Shown: positions 1-11,974, counted from the first letter of the stretch. The stretch is 64,000 nt of DNA from an uncultured archaeon (GCA_963782915.1 CAWALK010000020.1:320001-384000); one strand, 5' to 3'. Notes: generated from the letters alone by a model not told the origin. Program-made: numbers and translations.

Positions 1-810
1 GTCGGTTCCAACGATTTCTTCTACGCCTGCGTCGAGGATGCGTTTTTCTGCGTCGCCTATGAGTAAGCCGTGGACGCAGCCGCAGAACACATGTTTAGCG
101 CCGTTTTCGCGGAGGATTTTGGCTGCGCCGACTATGGTGCCGCCTGTGCTGATGATGTCATCGAGGATTATGACGGTTTGGTCTTTAACGTTTAAGCCTT
201 CTGCGGTTTGGACGGTTTGGCCTGTGTAGCGGTCGCGGGTTTTGTTGAGGTGTCCTGCGTCGCCGCCTAGGACTGCTTGGGCTTGTTGGGCGATGTACAT
301 GGCTCCTTTGTCGGGTGAGAGGGCGTATGCGCCTTTGTAGCCTTTTTTAACGAAGTAGTCTGCGATGAGTGGGATTGCGCTTACGGTTTTGGATGGCAAG
401 CGGGAATTGTTTTAGGGAAGCTTCTAGTGGAGGTTAACTGTTAAGAACTCGTCGATTCCCGAGGCTTTAAGCATCCTTGCGATGGTTTCAACGCCGATGC
501 CTTCGCCTGCAAGGAAGATTTTGTCTTGCCTTGCATACGCCATGTAGGGTACGACTGCGGTGACTTTGGTAGCGCCCGCACGTTTAGCGGCGTCTGCCAT
601 GAATGCCAACTGGAATAATCTTCCATCCTGCATCGGAGGACAAGTTGTTTGGATAATCGCGACTTCTTCGCCTGCTACGTTGCCGTCTAAGCGGACGTAG
701 GATTCGCCGTCTGGAAAAATCTTTGCAACGACTGGAACGTTTGGGTAACCTGTTTGGGCTGATACTGCTTCAGCTAAGTCTTTGGATGCGGGACCCGAGA
801 TAACCTTCAC
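1..810 (-). CDS. prs: Ribose-phosphate pyrophosphokinase (3' end outside window; frameshift near 425)
   Basis: FPDGESYVR and PYMAYARQDK motifs; the downstream frame gives SPDKGA and ILDDIISTGGT (PRPP-binding). Confidence 0.95.
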
Positions 811-914
811 TGTAAATGCCTCTTTGCCTTTAGGAATGCAAACTCAGGTTTTAAGGCTTATCTCTAAAAATAAACCTTGATAAAATGGATATGAGACTAA
901 ACCGTTAGGTAAGT

Positions 915-1415
915 ATGAAAACAGTACACGTACTCCGCGACATGCAAGAAGCTTTCAGAGATGCAGACCGCCTGTTTCACCAGGGTAACTATGAGGGTTC
1001 AGTTGAATGCTACAACAAAGCTCTATGTCTCTGCCAGTCGCTTCCACCGAATGCCATTGAGCAGTTCGATTGGCGCCGTTTTGAAGCGTCCTGCCAAGCT
1101 GGATTATCCGCTGCATACGGGCGTTTAGATAAACCCATCGAGAGCTTTGCAGCCGCCAATAAAGCCCTGCTCTTCTATGATGAATGCGGCGAAAACTACC
1201 CCGCAGACACAGGCCGATGGCTTATGGCTATGGTGAATCAGGGCACCGCGTTGGCGGCATTCAAATGCTTCAACGACGCCCAAGCGGCTTTCAAGCGGGC
1301 AAAAGAAATTTTCATATGCAAGGGGCTGGATACTCCTGAGAATAAACAGTGGATAGAGATGGTTGACGGAAACATCGCAGCCCTAGACGCTCATCTCGCA
1401 AAAGAAGAGCAATAG
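915..1415 (+). CDS. TPR-like helical repeat protein (DUF3856-like)
   Basis: TPR-type helix pairs (GNYEGSVECYNKAL; NQGTALAAFKCFNDAQAAFKRA). Confidence 0.65.
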   Translation: MKTVHVLRDMQEAFRDADRLFHQGNYEGSVECYNKALCLCQSLPPNAIEQFDWRRFEASCQAGLSAAYGRLDKPIESFAAANKALLFYDECGENYPADTGRWLMAMVNQGTALAAFKCFNDAQAAFKRAKEIFICKGLDTPENKQWIEMVDGNIAALDAHLAKEEQ

Positions 1416-1456
1416 ACTGCTTTGGACCTTGACCACACTGGAAAAGAGTGAGTCGT

Positions 1457-2243
1457 ATGGATACATGGCGTTACCTTCCCCTCTCAACTAACAATGCCGC
1501 ATTGAACATGGCAATCGACGAAGCCATCCTGACAAGCCCGAGTCGCCGACAAAGTGCCAAATACGCTGCGGTTTTACCGTTGGCAACCCTCCGCCGTAAG
1601 CATCGGCAGAAACCAGAACCCCGAAGCCGAAGTCTACCTTGACGCAGCCAAACAGTTAGGCGTGGATGTTGTGCGGCGGCCAAGCGGCGGCGGAACCGTC
1701 TACCACGATTACGAAGGCGAAGTAACCTACAGCGTCATCGCCAAAACCAGCGATTTAGGCACCGCAGACATAACCACCGTATACACCAAAATCTACGGCG
1801 CAATAACCGATGCCCTGCGATTATTGGGTGTTCCAGCCGATTTTAGCAGTGGAGACGCCAAAAACTGCCCCAACCTAACCGTAAATGGCAAAAAGATTTC
1901 GGGCAGCAGCCAAACCATCACCCGCGGCGTCGTCCTCCAACACGGCACAATCCTGCGCAGCGTGGACATCGACAAAATGTTCCAGCTCCTCCAGCTAAAA
2001 GGCGCAAGCTGCACCCAAGCCGCCGATATCGGCAAACGCAAAATCACCAGCATCCAAACCGAACTCGGACACAAAATCAGCCCCGACACAATCGCCAACG
2101 CATTGGCACAGGGCTTCAAAGCAATCCTCAAAATCCAACTCGAACCAAGCGAACTAACCGCAGAAGAAAAAGAAACAGCAAACAAACTCTACAAAGAAAA
2201 ATACACAACAAAAGAATGGAACCTAAGCGGAAAAACCGCCTAA
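1457..2243 (+). CDS. lplA: Lipoate-protein ligase A family protein (frameshift near 1535-1550)
   Basis: NMAIDEAIL, VVRRPSGGGTVYHD, GKKISGSSQ, LQHGT motifs across two frames. Confidence 0.9.
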
Positions 2244-3662
2244 GCCTTCTCCTTATGCCACCTTATACCCTGCGCAGTATCCTCAAGCACAATACCCATA
2301 GCTTTAAGTTGCGCGCGGATTGCGTCGGCTTCTTTCCAATTCTTAGCTTTCCTTGCATCCTCACGCTTCTGCACCAACGCATCGATGTCTGCGGATAGGG
2401 CTTCTTCAACCTCAACTTTACCAATCACACCCAAAACTGCGTCTATGCGCATCATTAAGCCGCCGATATCTGCTGCTTCTTGTTTGCTTACCAAGTTGAC
2501 GTCGAGTAAACCGTTGATTTCCCGCACAAAATCGAAGAGGGATGATAGGGCGATGCCGATGTTTAAGTCGTCGTCCATGGAGCCGCCAAAACAAGCTTCA
2601 AGTTTAGCGGTTAAGATGGCGACTTTTTCTGGGTTTGTTGTGCCCTCAGCCTCATGGAGGCGGCGCACGAAGTTTCGGAGCCGTTCTACTGCTGCTTTTG
2701 AGGCTTCTAAGCCTTCGAAGGTGAAGTTGAATTGTTGGCGATAATGCGTGGACATGAGCAGGTAGCGGATGACGATTGGGTCGTAGCCTTTGGCGAGTAA
2801 GTCGCGGAGTGTGTAGAAGTTGCCCAAGCGCTTGGACATTTTTTTGCCTTCTACTTGGAGGTGCTCGTTGTGCATCCAGTAATTGACAAACTTTTTGCCT
2901 GTCGCCGCTTCGGATTGGGCGGTTTCGTTTTCGTGATGGGGGAACATGTTGTCGACGCCGCCGCAGTGGATGTCAAAGGTTTCGCCTAGGTACTTCATGC
3001 TCATGGCAGAGCATTCGATGTGCCAGCCGGGGCGTCCTTTGCCGAGTTCGGTTTCCCAGAAGACATTGCCGTCTTCGGGAGTCCATGCTTTCCAGAGCGC
3101 GAAGTCTTGGGCTTCCTCTTTGGCATATTCGTCTTGGCTAACCCGTGCGCCCGCTTTGAGTTCACCGACTTTTATGTGGGATAGTTTGCCGTATTCAGGG
3201 AATTTGCACACTGAGAAGTAGATTGAGCCATCTTCGCCCTTGTATGCGATAGCCTTTTGCCATTAGGGTCTGGATTATGGTTACCATTTCGCGGACGTGA
3301 TCTGTGGCTTTGGGGTAGACGTCGGCGGGTTCTATGTTTAGGGCTTTTATGTCTTCGAAGAAGGCTTTCACGTAGAAATCTGTGAATTGGCGTAGTGGGA
3401 TGCCTTGTTTTTGGCTGCCTTTGATGGTTTTGTCGTCGATGTCGGTTAGGTTCATAATGTGGGTGACGTTGTAGCCACGGTAAACCAGCCACCGTTTAAG
3501 CAGATCCTCGAAGAGGAACGCGCGGAAGTTGCCTATGTGGGCGTAATCGTAGACGGTTGGGCCGCAAGTGTACATTTTGGCTTTGCCCGGCACCATCGGG
3601 ATAAATGTTTCTTTTTTGCGTGTTAGGGTATTGAAAAGGCAGATGGATTGATTAGTGGTCAC
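2240..3662 (-). CDS. cysS: Cysteine--tRNA ligase (frameshift near 3210-3250)
   Basis: CGPTVYD, HIGN, GRPGWHIECSAM, DIHCGGVDNMFPHHENE, KMSKR. Confidence 0.97.
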
Positions 3663-3852
3663 GTTCTCAGCTCAGGTAAGGTTTAGAGCCGAAATTATTT
3701 AAGGCTATATGTAGCTGGGATTCGTTGGCTTATTTGATTCTATATATCGGTAAATCAAAAGAATTCTGTTCTGCTTGCGGTTTACTCCACTACCAGCCAG
3801 CAACTTGTACCAATTGCAGAATACAAAACACAATCGGTAGTATAATCGGCTG

Positions 3853-3892
3853 GTTGTTGTTGAAATAAGAGGGGTCCACAGCGACAACTAAC
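3853..3892. repeat. Intergenic motif A, imperfect copy (GTTGTTGTTG-N19-CGACAACTAAC)
   Basis: Near-identical to 50221-50260; related to perfect inverted repeats at 20207, 38818, 59653. Confidence 0.8.
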
Positions 3893-4040
3893 AAAACCAA
3901 AAACTGAATCATATAAAAAGCATCACCAAACCCAAAACAGTTGCATACAAATCCAGTTCAAAACCCAACAAACCCACATCAAACCAAACTCCCGCCTAAC
4001 AAGCAACCAACCCAAAACGCATCCACCCAGCACTTGTTGA

Positions 4041-4080
4041 GCCTATAAATAAGGGAGGGGGTAGGTCGGCAGAGCAACAA
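4041..4080 (+). repeat. Intergenic motif B (TATAAATAAGGGAGGGGGTAGGTCGGCAGAGCAACAA)
   Basis: Related copies near 10473, 11509, 20286, 38731, 50021, 50076, 63312, 63746. Confidence 0.85.
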
Positions 4081-4170
4081 AGTCCTGCACGTACGTTCAA
4101 ATTTTCACTGCAAACAGTAAAAACTATAACCGTTAACCGATAACTCGTATGACCATCAGGAAGGAGCAAT

Positions 4171-5020
4171 ATGGGTAAATCAAAACTGGCAATCACTCTA
4201 TTAGCAATTCTATTAGTCGCTTCACTAGCGGTTAACATCTATTTCGGAAGCCAAAATGTGGCGCTTAACAACCAGACTGCCGCTGACGCAACAAAAGTTG
4301 AAATGACCTCGCTATTGTCAGAGGTGCAAGTACAAGTTGAGGCAGAAATCGAACGCGTCGGCAACAGCGTAATCTACGCTTCACAGCAACTCTCCACCAC
4401 TGGAATCTCAGGCGACCCAGCGCGCCAAATAATCAGCGCCTTAGCCGCCAACAGCAGCTACATAATCGAAGCCGCAACACAAAACCTTGACCGCAAAATG
4501 ATAGTAGTCGAACCCCCAGCATGGCACACATCCGAGGGCAAAACCATCGGTGAACAAAAATGGTTAAACACTAACCCACTTGCTGACTTAACCCCATCTA
4601 TGACGCCAGTTATCATGCTAATAACTAACCAAAGCGGCTGCTCCATAGTTGCCCCAATATTCAACAGCGACAAAGTATTGATTGGCACAGTAAGCTCAAT
4701 TTTTGATCCGCAAGCAATGATTAACGCCTCAATAGACGGCAGTCGCTCCAAATTCAGGCTATAGCTTTACCGCTTCTCAGCTAGATGGCTTAGTAGTTTA
4801 CAGTGGCAGCCCAGCTTTCCAAAGCAAGAACCTCTTCACTGACACATCACTCGATAACTTCCCAGGCATCAGTGGCATCAGAGAATCATCTCATTTGACC
4901 TCTGCAGTAAGCAGCGGCTACCACGCCTATGCAGTTGGAACACAGCAGCGAGAATCCTACTGGACAACAATCAATGCTTATGGCCAAGAATGGCGCTTAG
5001 TTATTCACCACGCAATATAA
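4171..5020 (+). CDS. Membrane-anchored Cache-like sensor domain protein, paralog 1 (frameshift near 4740)
   Basis: N-terminal TM; IVAPIFNSDKVLIGTVSSIFDP Cache-like motif; C-terminus YWTTINAYGQEWRLVIHHAI shared with paralogs. Confidence 0.75.
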
Positions 5021-5054
5021 GTAAGCCCAGAAGAAGTTAATGTAGAGAAAAGGC

Positions 5055-5920
5055 ATGGCTAAATCAAACCTAATCGCAATCATATTGACTGCAGCGTTAA
5101 TCATCTCAATCGCTGCCAACCTCTACTTTGTAACCCAAAACCCATCCCTAAACAGCCAAAAAACTGCTGATCAAGCAAAAATCGACATGATTGCCACCTT
5201 AACGCAAGCACAAATCAGCACAGACACCGAATTGAGGCGAATCGGCGAAAGCCTCATCTATGCATCAGAACAGTTAGGCAAAGCTGGAATCGTTGGCGAC
5301 CAAGCAGACAGCAATCCTTAATGCGTTGGCAGCAAAACAGCTCATTCATAATTAACGCTGCAACAGAAAACCTCGACAACACAATTGTAGCAGCCGAACC
5401 CTCCAACTGGAGCTACATCGAAGGCAGAAACGTCGGCGAACAAACCTACCTTAACCCTAACCCAAACGGCGAAATAACGCCCATGATGACTCCTGTTGTT
5501 CCCCTGCAGTCAGATATGATGGGTAATATTGTGGCAGCTCCAATTTTTAACAGTAACAAAGAATTGATTGGCACCGTGAGCGTCATTTTTGATCCAGCCA
5601 AACTCCTCAACGCCACCATAACAGCAGCATTACAAGGCACCTCTTACACAACTACTGTCATGCAGGTTGATGGCTTGATGATTTTCGACACTGACCCCTT
5701 GCAGCAATACAAGAACATGTTCACTGACCCCGCATACGCTAACTATACGCAGCTCCTATTGTTGGGGCATCATGTGGCGGATTATAGCAGCGGATATGGC
5801 ACCTACAAATTCACCGTAGATGCAGCATCACCCATAGTTGTAAACAAAGAATGCTACTGGACCACAGTTTCCGCTTTTGGCCAAGAATGGCGTATAGCCC
5901 TCCAACATTCACTAAGTTAA
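5055..5920 (+). CDS. Membrane-anchored Cache-like sensor domain protein, paralog 2 (frameshift near 5315)
   Basis: AAPIFNSNKELIGTVSVIFDP; YWTTVSAFGQEWRIAL; collinear with paralogs 1 and 3. Confidence 0.75.
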
Positions 5921-5965
5921 AGTGAAATAATAAACCCTAAATAACAAAACTGCTACTTGCCAGTT

Positions 5966-6650
5966 ATGTTAGGCTCAGATAATTCCACTCCGCATAAAGC
6001 ATCCACTTATGATGCGCAGGTACGAAAAACCCTGGTTTACTATGACAGCTTTCACGATGAAACCCTAAACATCCTCAAAGCCAATGCGTATATCGCCTAA
6101 AAATTGGCTCGATACAGGCTGCGGAACAGGCACACTCGTTGAAAAAGCACTCAAACAATTCCCAAATACCCACTTTGTCTTGGTTGATCCTTCACCGCAG
6201 ATGATAGAAGCCGCCAAACAAAAACTCGCAACTTACCCAAACGTAGAATTTCTTGAGCCTGCCCCAACAGAAAACCTATCCAACCTAAAAACCACCTTCG
6301 ATGTAATAACAGCCATACAAAGCCACCATTACTCAACCACCCCCGAACACCAAAAAGCCACCCAAATCTGCTTCAACCTACTAAACCCAAAAGGAATCTA
6401 CATAACCTTCGAAAACATTCGCCCCTTCACTGTTCAGGGTACAGAAATCGGTAAAGAGAACTGGAAACGCTTCCAAATAGCAAGCGGCAGAGACCAAGCC
6501 ACAGCAGAAGCCCATATGCAACGTTTCGGCACAGAATACTATCCCTTAACAGTCGAAGAACACCTGTCTTTGCTGCGGAAAACTGGGTTTTCAGTGGTTG
6601 AATTATTGTGGTTTTCAGTTATGCAAGCTGGATTCTATTGCATCAAATAG
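5966..6650 (+). CDS. Class I SAM-dependent methyltransferase (frameshift near 6083)
   Basis: WLDTGCGTG, VLVDPSPQM, FDVITA, LNPKGIYI motifs. Confidence 0.9.
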
Positions 6651-6777
6651 TTGATTCCTAGTCTTTAGGCTGTACCAGCCACATCTGGCGTAGCATGTTT
6701 ACTTTAAAACATTTATTGGTAGACAGTAATGCCTATAACCAATCCACTCATAACTCGTATCTTACATAGGAAGATAT

Positions 6778-7615
6778 GTGCAAATGAATCGGTCTAAAAT
6801 ACCCCTAACCCTTTTAGCAGTTTTATTAATCGCCTCAATTGGCGCAAACGTCTACTTCGCAGGCTTCATGACAGCGCCAAACAACAATGACCAAACTAAA
6901 CTTGGGATGGTCTCAGCGCTATCGCAGGTCCAAGTCAATATAGACACTGAACTGCAAAAGATCGGCAGCAGCCTCGCCCTTGCCTCACAGAAACTCACCT
7001 ACACAGGCTTAACAGGTACACAAGCAGACGCAGTGCTAAGCGAGCTAGCCGCTAACAGCACATTTATCATCGACGCAGGAACCGAAGACATGAACAACAT
7101 AATGGTTGCTGTGCAGCCACCATCATGCAGCAACGTAATCGGCATAAACGTCGGCGAACAAACCTGGCTAAACACCAACCCAAACGGTCCCATAACACCC
7201 ATGATGACTCCAGTCATATCCCTAATCGAAGGCACAACAGGCATAGCAATGGCAGCACCAGTCTTCAACACAAACAAAGAAATGATCGGCACAGTCAGCA
7301 TCATCTTTAACCCACAGGCACTCATCAGCGCAGCTGTCGCAAAAACCCCGGACAACGCCAAATATGAATTCGCAGCTATGCAGACAGACGGATATTCAAT
7401 GTACGACAGTGAGCCAGAATACCAGGGCACAAACCTCCTCACCAACACTTCAGTGACCAGGCTACAGCCTCATCTATAATTCAGTAAGCCTAACTGCCAA
7501 CAACATCTCTGGATACTACCTCTACGACTACCAAGGCACCAATTGGCAACTGTACTGGACAACCATAAACGCTTTCGGCCAAGACTGGCGACTAGCTGTT
7601 CACCATGCAGCATAA
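6778..7615 (+). CDS. Membrane-anchored Cache-like sensor domain protein, paralog 3 (frameshift near 7460)
   Basis: MAAPVFNTNKEMIGTVSIIFNP; ends YWTTINAFGQDWRLAVHHAA. Confidence 0.75.
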
Positions 7616-7708
7616 AACAATCAACTTTTTCCTTTTCCTTTTTTGTTAAACTTGTAAGTAACGACTAAATTGTTACGTTAACCTGTCTGGTAAATGGATT
7701 CTACAGCA

Positions 7709-9039
7709 TTAAATAACCATATAACCCAATTCGCCGTCGCTCTCAGCTACCACGATTTTGCCTTTGAGATACGTCATTGAAGCCTCAACCACTTCAACCC
7801 TCAAAGTTTTACCCAACAAGTCTTCGCTGCTTTTAACTACGATGGGTTTGTAAGCGAAATTCCGACCAATCCATGAACCCTCCACTTTACCCTTCTCATC
7901 CACCAGCACTTCACCGCTCCAACCAACCCAATTCTTGTTACGTTTCGCCGACAGATTTTTGGCTAATTCCGCTGCAAGGGTGCTTCTGCGTTTGGTTTCT
8001 TCTTTTTCAACTAAACCATCACGCATTTCCCACGCCGCCGTTTTGGGTCGGGCAAAAAACTTTGGAGACATTGGTGATGTCTGGCTGAATTTCTTCGAGG
8101 AGTTTGAGTGTATTGTTGAAGGCTTCTTCTGTTTCGCCCGGAAAACCAACGATGACATCGGTTGCAAGGGTTATATCGGGGAATTCTTCTCTGAAAGCTT
8201 CAACAATCCCCTTGAATTCTGCTGATGTGTAGAATCTGCGCATGCCTTTCAAGACGTTGTCGTCGCCGCTTTGCACCGGCAGATGCAGGAACTTGAAGAC
8301 TTTCTGGTTCTTCAAAAGAGCCAATTAGGCGTTCCTGTATGTCGGTAACCAAGTTGGGTGTCATCATGCCAACTCGGACCCGAAAATCCCCTTTTAAGCC
8401 GCCGACTGCGCACAGCAATTCGGCGAGGTTAGTGTGGATGTCTCTGCCGTAGCTTGAGGTATCTTGGGAAGTTAGCCAAAACTCCCGTGCACCCGCATCG
8501 TAATCTGTTTGGATTCGTTGGGTGATTTCGTTTACTCCATAACTTCGCAGATGTCCCCTTGCATGCACAACACAACAGTAAGTGCAGCTTCCTAAGCACC
8601 CGAAATTGATGGGAACAACGCTGACAACGGGATTTGTGCTCAGTTTAGGTAGGGTAAGTGACGGTTTTTCTTTGAGTGCTGCTAAATCGATGATGTTTTC
8701 GCCGGCTAAAACACGGTTGACTACATCGACGATTTCTTTGCCGACTGCTGGGCCGATTGCGGCGTCGAAGCGGGTTTCGCGGTTGAGGCGCTCAAAACTG
8801 ATTTTGGGTAAGCATCCTGCGACAATGATTTTTTTGTTTTTTGGGGCATGTTTTATGTCGTCGATTATGCGGTTTTCTGTTGGTCCTTTAACTGCACAGC
8901 TGTTAAAAATGATCACATCAGCTTCTGCTTCGGTGGTTGCGAGTGTGTATCCTGCTTGTTTTAGGCATCCTGCGAGTGTTTCTCCATCGGCGGTGTTTGA
9001 GCTGCAGCCATAGTTTTTGATGTGGACTTTGCTGTGCAT
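7709..9039 (-). CDS. tRNA t6A methylthiotransferase (archaeal MtaB/CDKAL1-like radical SAM; two frameshifts)
   Basis: N-terminal YGCSSN..NSCAVK domain, CLGSCTYC radical SAM motif, HLPVQSGDD, TDVIVGFPGETEE, C-terminal TRAM-like domain. Confidence 0.9.
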
Positions 9040-9251
9040 GTTGTAACCTGATTGTTAGTTGCTTTGTCTTGCCATAAAAACGTGTTCCCTAGCTTGGCTG
9101 AATTGACATTTAGCTGATGAATCCCCGTTTTTGGCTTTATATGTAGTGGTACCAACATGTTATGGGCATGTATGTAGCATAATATGTAGAAGTATAAGTG
9201 TCCAGTAGCGTTGTATAGTTGTAAAGAAGTAGCAGGGGAGAGATAACCCAA

Positions 9252-9407
9252 TTGAAACTAATAACTCTGTATTTACCTGAGACGTATATTAAAGCTTTGG
9301 ACCAGTTAGTGGACGAGCGGTTCTACCCTAACCGAGCCGAGGCTATTCGAGTTGCAATCAGAGATCTTATCAGTGCTGAAGTTTGGAGGCGAAAAGGCGT
9401 TGACTAA
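9252..9407 (+). CDS. Ribbon-helix-helix regulator, CdrS-like (51 aa, not in ORF track)
   Basis: TTG start; MKLITLYLPETYIKALDQLVDERFYPNRAEAIRVAIRDLISAEVWRRKGVD. Confidence 0.85.
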   Translation: MKLITLYLPETYIKALDQLVDERFYPNRAEAIRVAIRDLISAEVWRRKGVD

Positions 9408-9684
9408 ACATGTTCATGATGATTTGAAATGCAACCTCTCCGTCGACGACGCCAAAGTTGAAGTTGCCCCAGTTAAGCCGGCACTCATCGAATCGTCCAT
9501 GGTTATTGCTGCACAGGGTATTGTAGCGCAACCGAAAAAGGTAAGGATGGATAAAGTAAAATTGACCGCTAAAAAGAGTCGCTTAGACAAAGCCACCAGC
9601 CACCTCTATGACCTCGAAGACTGCCACGGCCCAGAAAAATCCTTAAACATCGATTTGGGCCTCTATCAAATGGAAGACTACTAA
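9400..9684 (+). CDS. Hypothetical protein
   Basis: ORF overlapping the RHH stop codon; start uncertain. Confidence 0.55.
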   Translation: MTKHVHDDLKCNLSVDDAKVEVAPVKPALIESSMVIAAQGIVAQPKKVRMDKVKLTAKKSRLDKATSHLYDLEDCHGPEKSLNIDLGLYQMEDY

Positions 9685-9755
9685 TCTTCCTACCCAACTT
9701 TTAGACAATTCCGCGTTAACAAAGCATATATTTTCTGCGCAATCCCTCTTCTGCT

Positions 9756-10467
9756 ATGAGCACTATTCTTGCCCAAATACGAGCGGACCTCCAAGCCAAC
9801 GTCGATGAACATACAAAACAGATTTCTCAGCATTTCTTCAAAGAAAACATTAAAGTCTACGGAATCAAAACCGCAACTGTCGGAAAAATCGCAAAAAAAT
9901 ATTGGCCCCAAATCAAACCTTTAGGTAAACAAGAAATTTTCCGTTTATGCGAACAATTCTACAGCTCAGACTACCTCGAAGAAGCTGGATTGGTTGCCGA
10001 TTGGCTTCCACGCTACCTCGAGCACCTCGAAGCCTCGGATATAACCACGTTTAAGCACTGGATTGAATGCTACATCAACAACTGGGCAAAATGCGACAGC
10101 TTCTGCAACCACACCATCGGCGACTTAATCGTGAAATGCCCCGAAATCGTCGGAGAAGTCAAAAGCTGGGCAAAAAGCAGCAATCGCTGGTTGAAGCGTG
10201 CTTCGGCGGTTTCGTTTATTGTGCCTGCAAAACGAGGCAAGTTCCTCGCTGGATGCGTTTGAAATCTGCGATGTGTTGTTGCTGGATGGGGATGATATGG
10301 TGCAGAAGGGTTATGGTTGGCTTCTCAAAGAGGAAAGCCGTGTGCACCAAAAAGAAGTCTTCGATTACGTGGTTAAGTACCGAAAAGTTATGCCTCGGAC
10401 GGCGTTGCGTTATGCGATTGAGTTGATGCCTAAAGAGCTCAAGATGGAAGCAATGAAGAAAGAATAA
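9756..10467 (+). CDS. DNA alkylation repair protein (AlkD-like HEAT repeat; frameshift near 10250)
   Basis: NNWAKCD, WAKSSNRWLKRAS, DMVQKGYGWLLKE, PRTALRYAIE. Confidence 0.88.
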
Positions 10468-10472
10468 CTGCG

Positions 10473-10514
10473 TTTGTTGCTCTGCACAGGGGTACCCCCT
10501 CCCCTATATATAGG
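10473..10514 (-). repeat. Intergenic motif B copy
   Basis: Reverse complement reads CCTATATATAGGGGAGGGGGTACCCCTGTGCAGAGCAACAAA. Confidence 0.8.
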
Positions 10515-10736
10515 ATAGACAATTGCATGCTAAGATGTTAAGACGGCATTAACCGTTCATTGAATAAGCCAGTCTTGTGGCTAATGAATGCTGAGGGAAA
10601 CATTGTTTTGATATGCGTTTGCAGTGGGTCTAGCCTGCGGAATGCCGTGTTGGAACCCAGTGGTCTCTAAGCCATTACGTGACCTTTAATTAACGCCCCA
10701 AAGCTGATTCAATTATTCGCTAACCGATTGAATAGC

Positions 10737-11393
10737 TTACTTTTTTGCTCTCCCTCGCCAAACCACCAACAAAACCAACGCCACAAAAATCGATGCCACC
10801 GCAACCAACCCTGCAACCAACACATATAGAACGCCTGGGGCTAACCCGGCAATTTGCGGCTGCCAAAGATTAGTCGCTTTCACCTCCGAAAAAACCATGC
10901 AATCATCCAGCAAAGTCGTCGCTTTCACCATAATGCCTGTTTGTTTATCCCAGTAGTAACTGGTATTGTGTGCTTCCCCAGTGAGCACGGTGCGTTGTGT
11001 TCCCGCGGCTTCGATGGTGTGGGTGCCTGTTATTGTTATGTTGCCTTCATACTGACTGAAGTAGATGTCGCCGACGGATAGGTTGGTGGGTATGATGGCT
11101 CCTTCGCCGACTAAGCCCGTGGCAACATTAAAGTTTGTGTTTGGTTCAAGCCACAACGTGCCGTTGCCCAGCATTGTTTGAATGTCAGTGTTTATGGTGG
11201 AGCCTTCAACGCTTTTGACATCTAATCTTGCCCATGTGATGTTGTGGATTGGTGTCGGGTTGCCTATGGCGGTGACTTTGTATTCTATCCAGTCGCCTTG
11301 CTTTACAGCCACAGAAGGTGCCGCCGATGCAATGTTTACAGCTAAAGCTGCAACCAACAGAATTGCCGTGGCTAATAGGGCTAATTTCTTCAT
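10737..11393 (-). CDS. Secreted protein with C-terminal membrane anchor
   Basis: Signal peptide MKKLALLATAILL; VKQGDWIEY and YYWDKQTGIMV motifs; C-terminal TM plus basic tail. Confidence 0.75.
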   Translation of the reverse strand: MKKLALLATAILLVAALAVNIASAAPSVAVKQGDWIEYKVTAIGNPTPIHNITWARLDVKSVEGSTINTDIQTMLGNGTLWLEPNTNFNVATGLVGEGAIIPTNLSVGDIYFSQYEGNITITGTHTIEAAGTQRTVLTGEAHNTSYYWDKQTGIMVKATTLLDDCMVFSEVKATNLWQPQIAGLAPGVLYVLVAGLVAVASIFVALVLLVVWRGRAKK

Positions 11394-11508
11394 TGCAGGT
11401 CGAGGCGTCTTTGTTGGTTTATGCTTAAATTTTTTGTGCATAATCACCGCTCTTATGTGGTACTCAAAAATGCAGGTCTAAAATTAGTGAGGGAATGTTT
11501 TTGGGGAA

Positions 11509-11546
11509 CTGTTGCTTTGCAGTACCTCCCCTCCCCTTATTTAAAG
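11509..11546 (-). repeat. Intergenic motif B copy
   Basis: Reverse complement CTTTAAATAAGGGGAGGGGAGGTACTGCAAAGCAACAG. Confidence 0.75.
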
Positions 11547-11575
11547 CAGAAATCTGGCTTTTGCTGGGTCCAATT

Positions 11576-11974
11576 TTATTTAACTGTGATGGTTCCCTTG
11601 CATTTCTTGCTTCCACAAGTGCATTTCATGGAAAAGCCGCTTTCAGACTCTTTCCTGTAATCTGCGGTTAATTCATCGCCTTTCTTTATGTCCTTTTTCG
11701 CGACATAGGTAAAGTTTTCAAGGCGAACGTTAGAGTCGCATGAATGGTTAACCCAGCAATCAGCGGGAACCAAAATATACTTGCCCTCAATGAAGGAAAC
11801 ATGCTCCCTATCCGCTTTAGAGAGATTTTCAAGGTCTTGTTTTTGAAGTTCTCTATAAGCGTTCCATTTGATGACTATTGCATCTTTTTTGAAATTACGT
11901 GCGGCGAATATGCCAAGCCCATTAATCTTTGACCTTTTTACTACAACATCAATAACCACGGATAAAGACACCAT
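11576..11974 (-). CDS. SET-domain protein-lysine methyltransferase with post-SET zinc motif
   Basis: SKINGLGIFA, VNHSCDSN, DIKKGDELTADY, CTCGSKKC. Confidence 0.9.
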   Translation of the reverse strand: MVSLSVVIDVVVKRSKINGLGIFAARNFKKDAIVIKWNAYRELQKQDLENLSKADREHVSFIEGKYILVPADCWVNHSCDSNVRLENFTYVAKKDIKKGDELTADYRKESESGFSMKCTCGSKKCKGTITVK

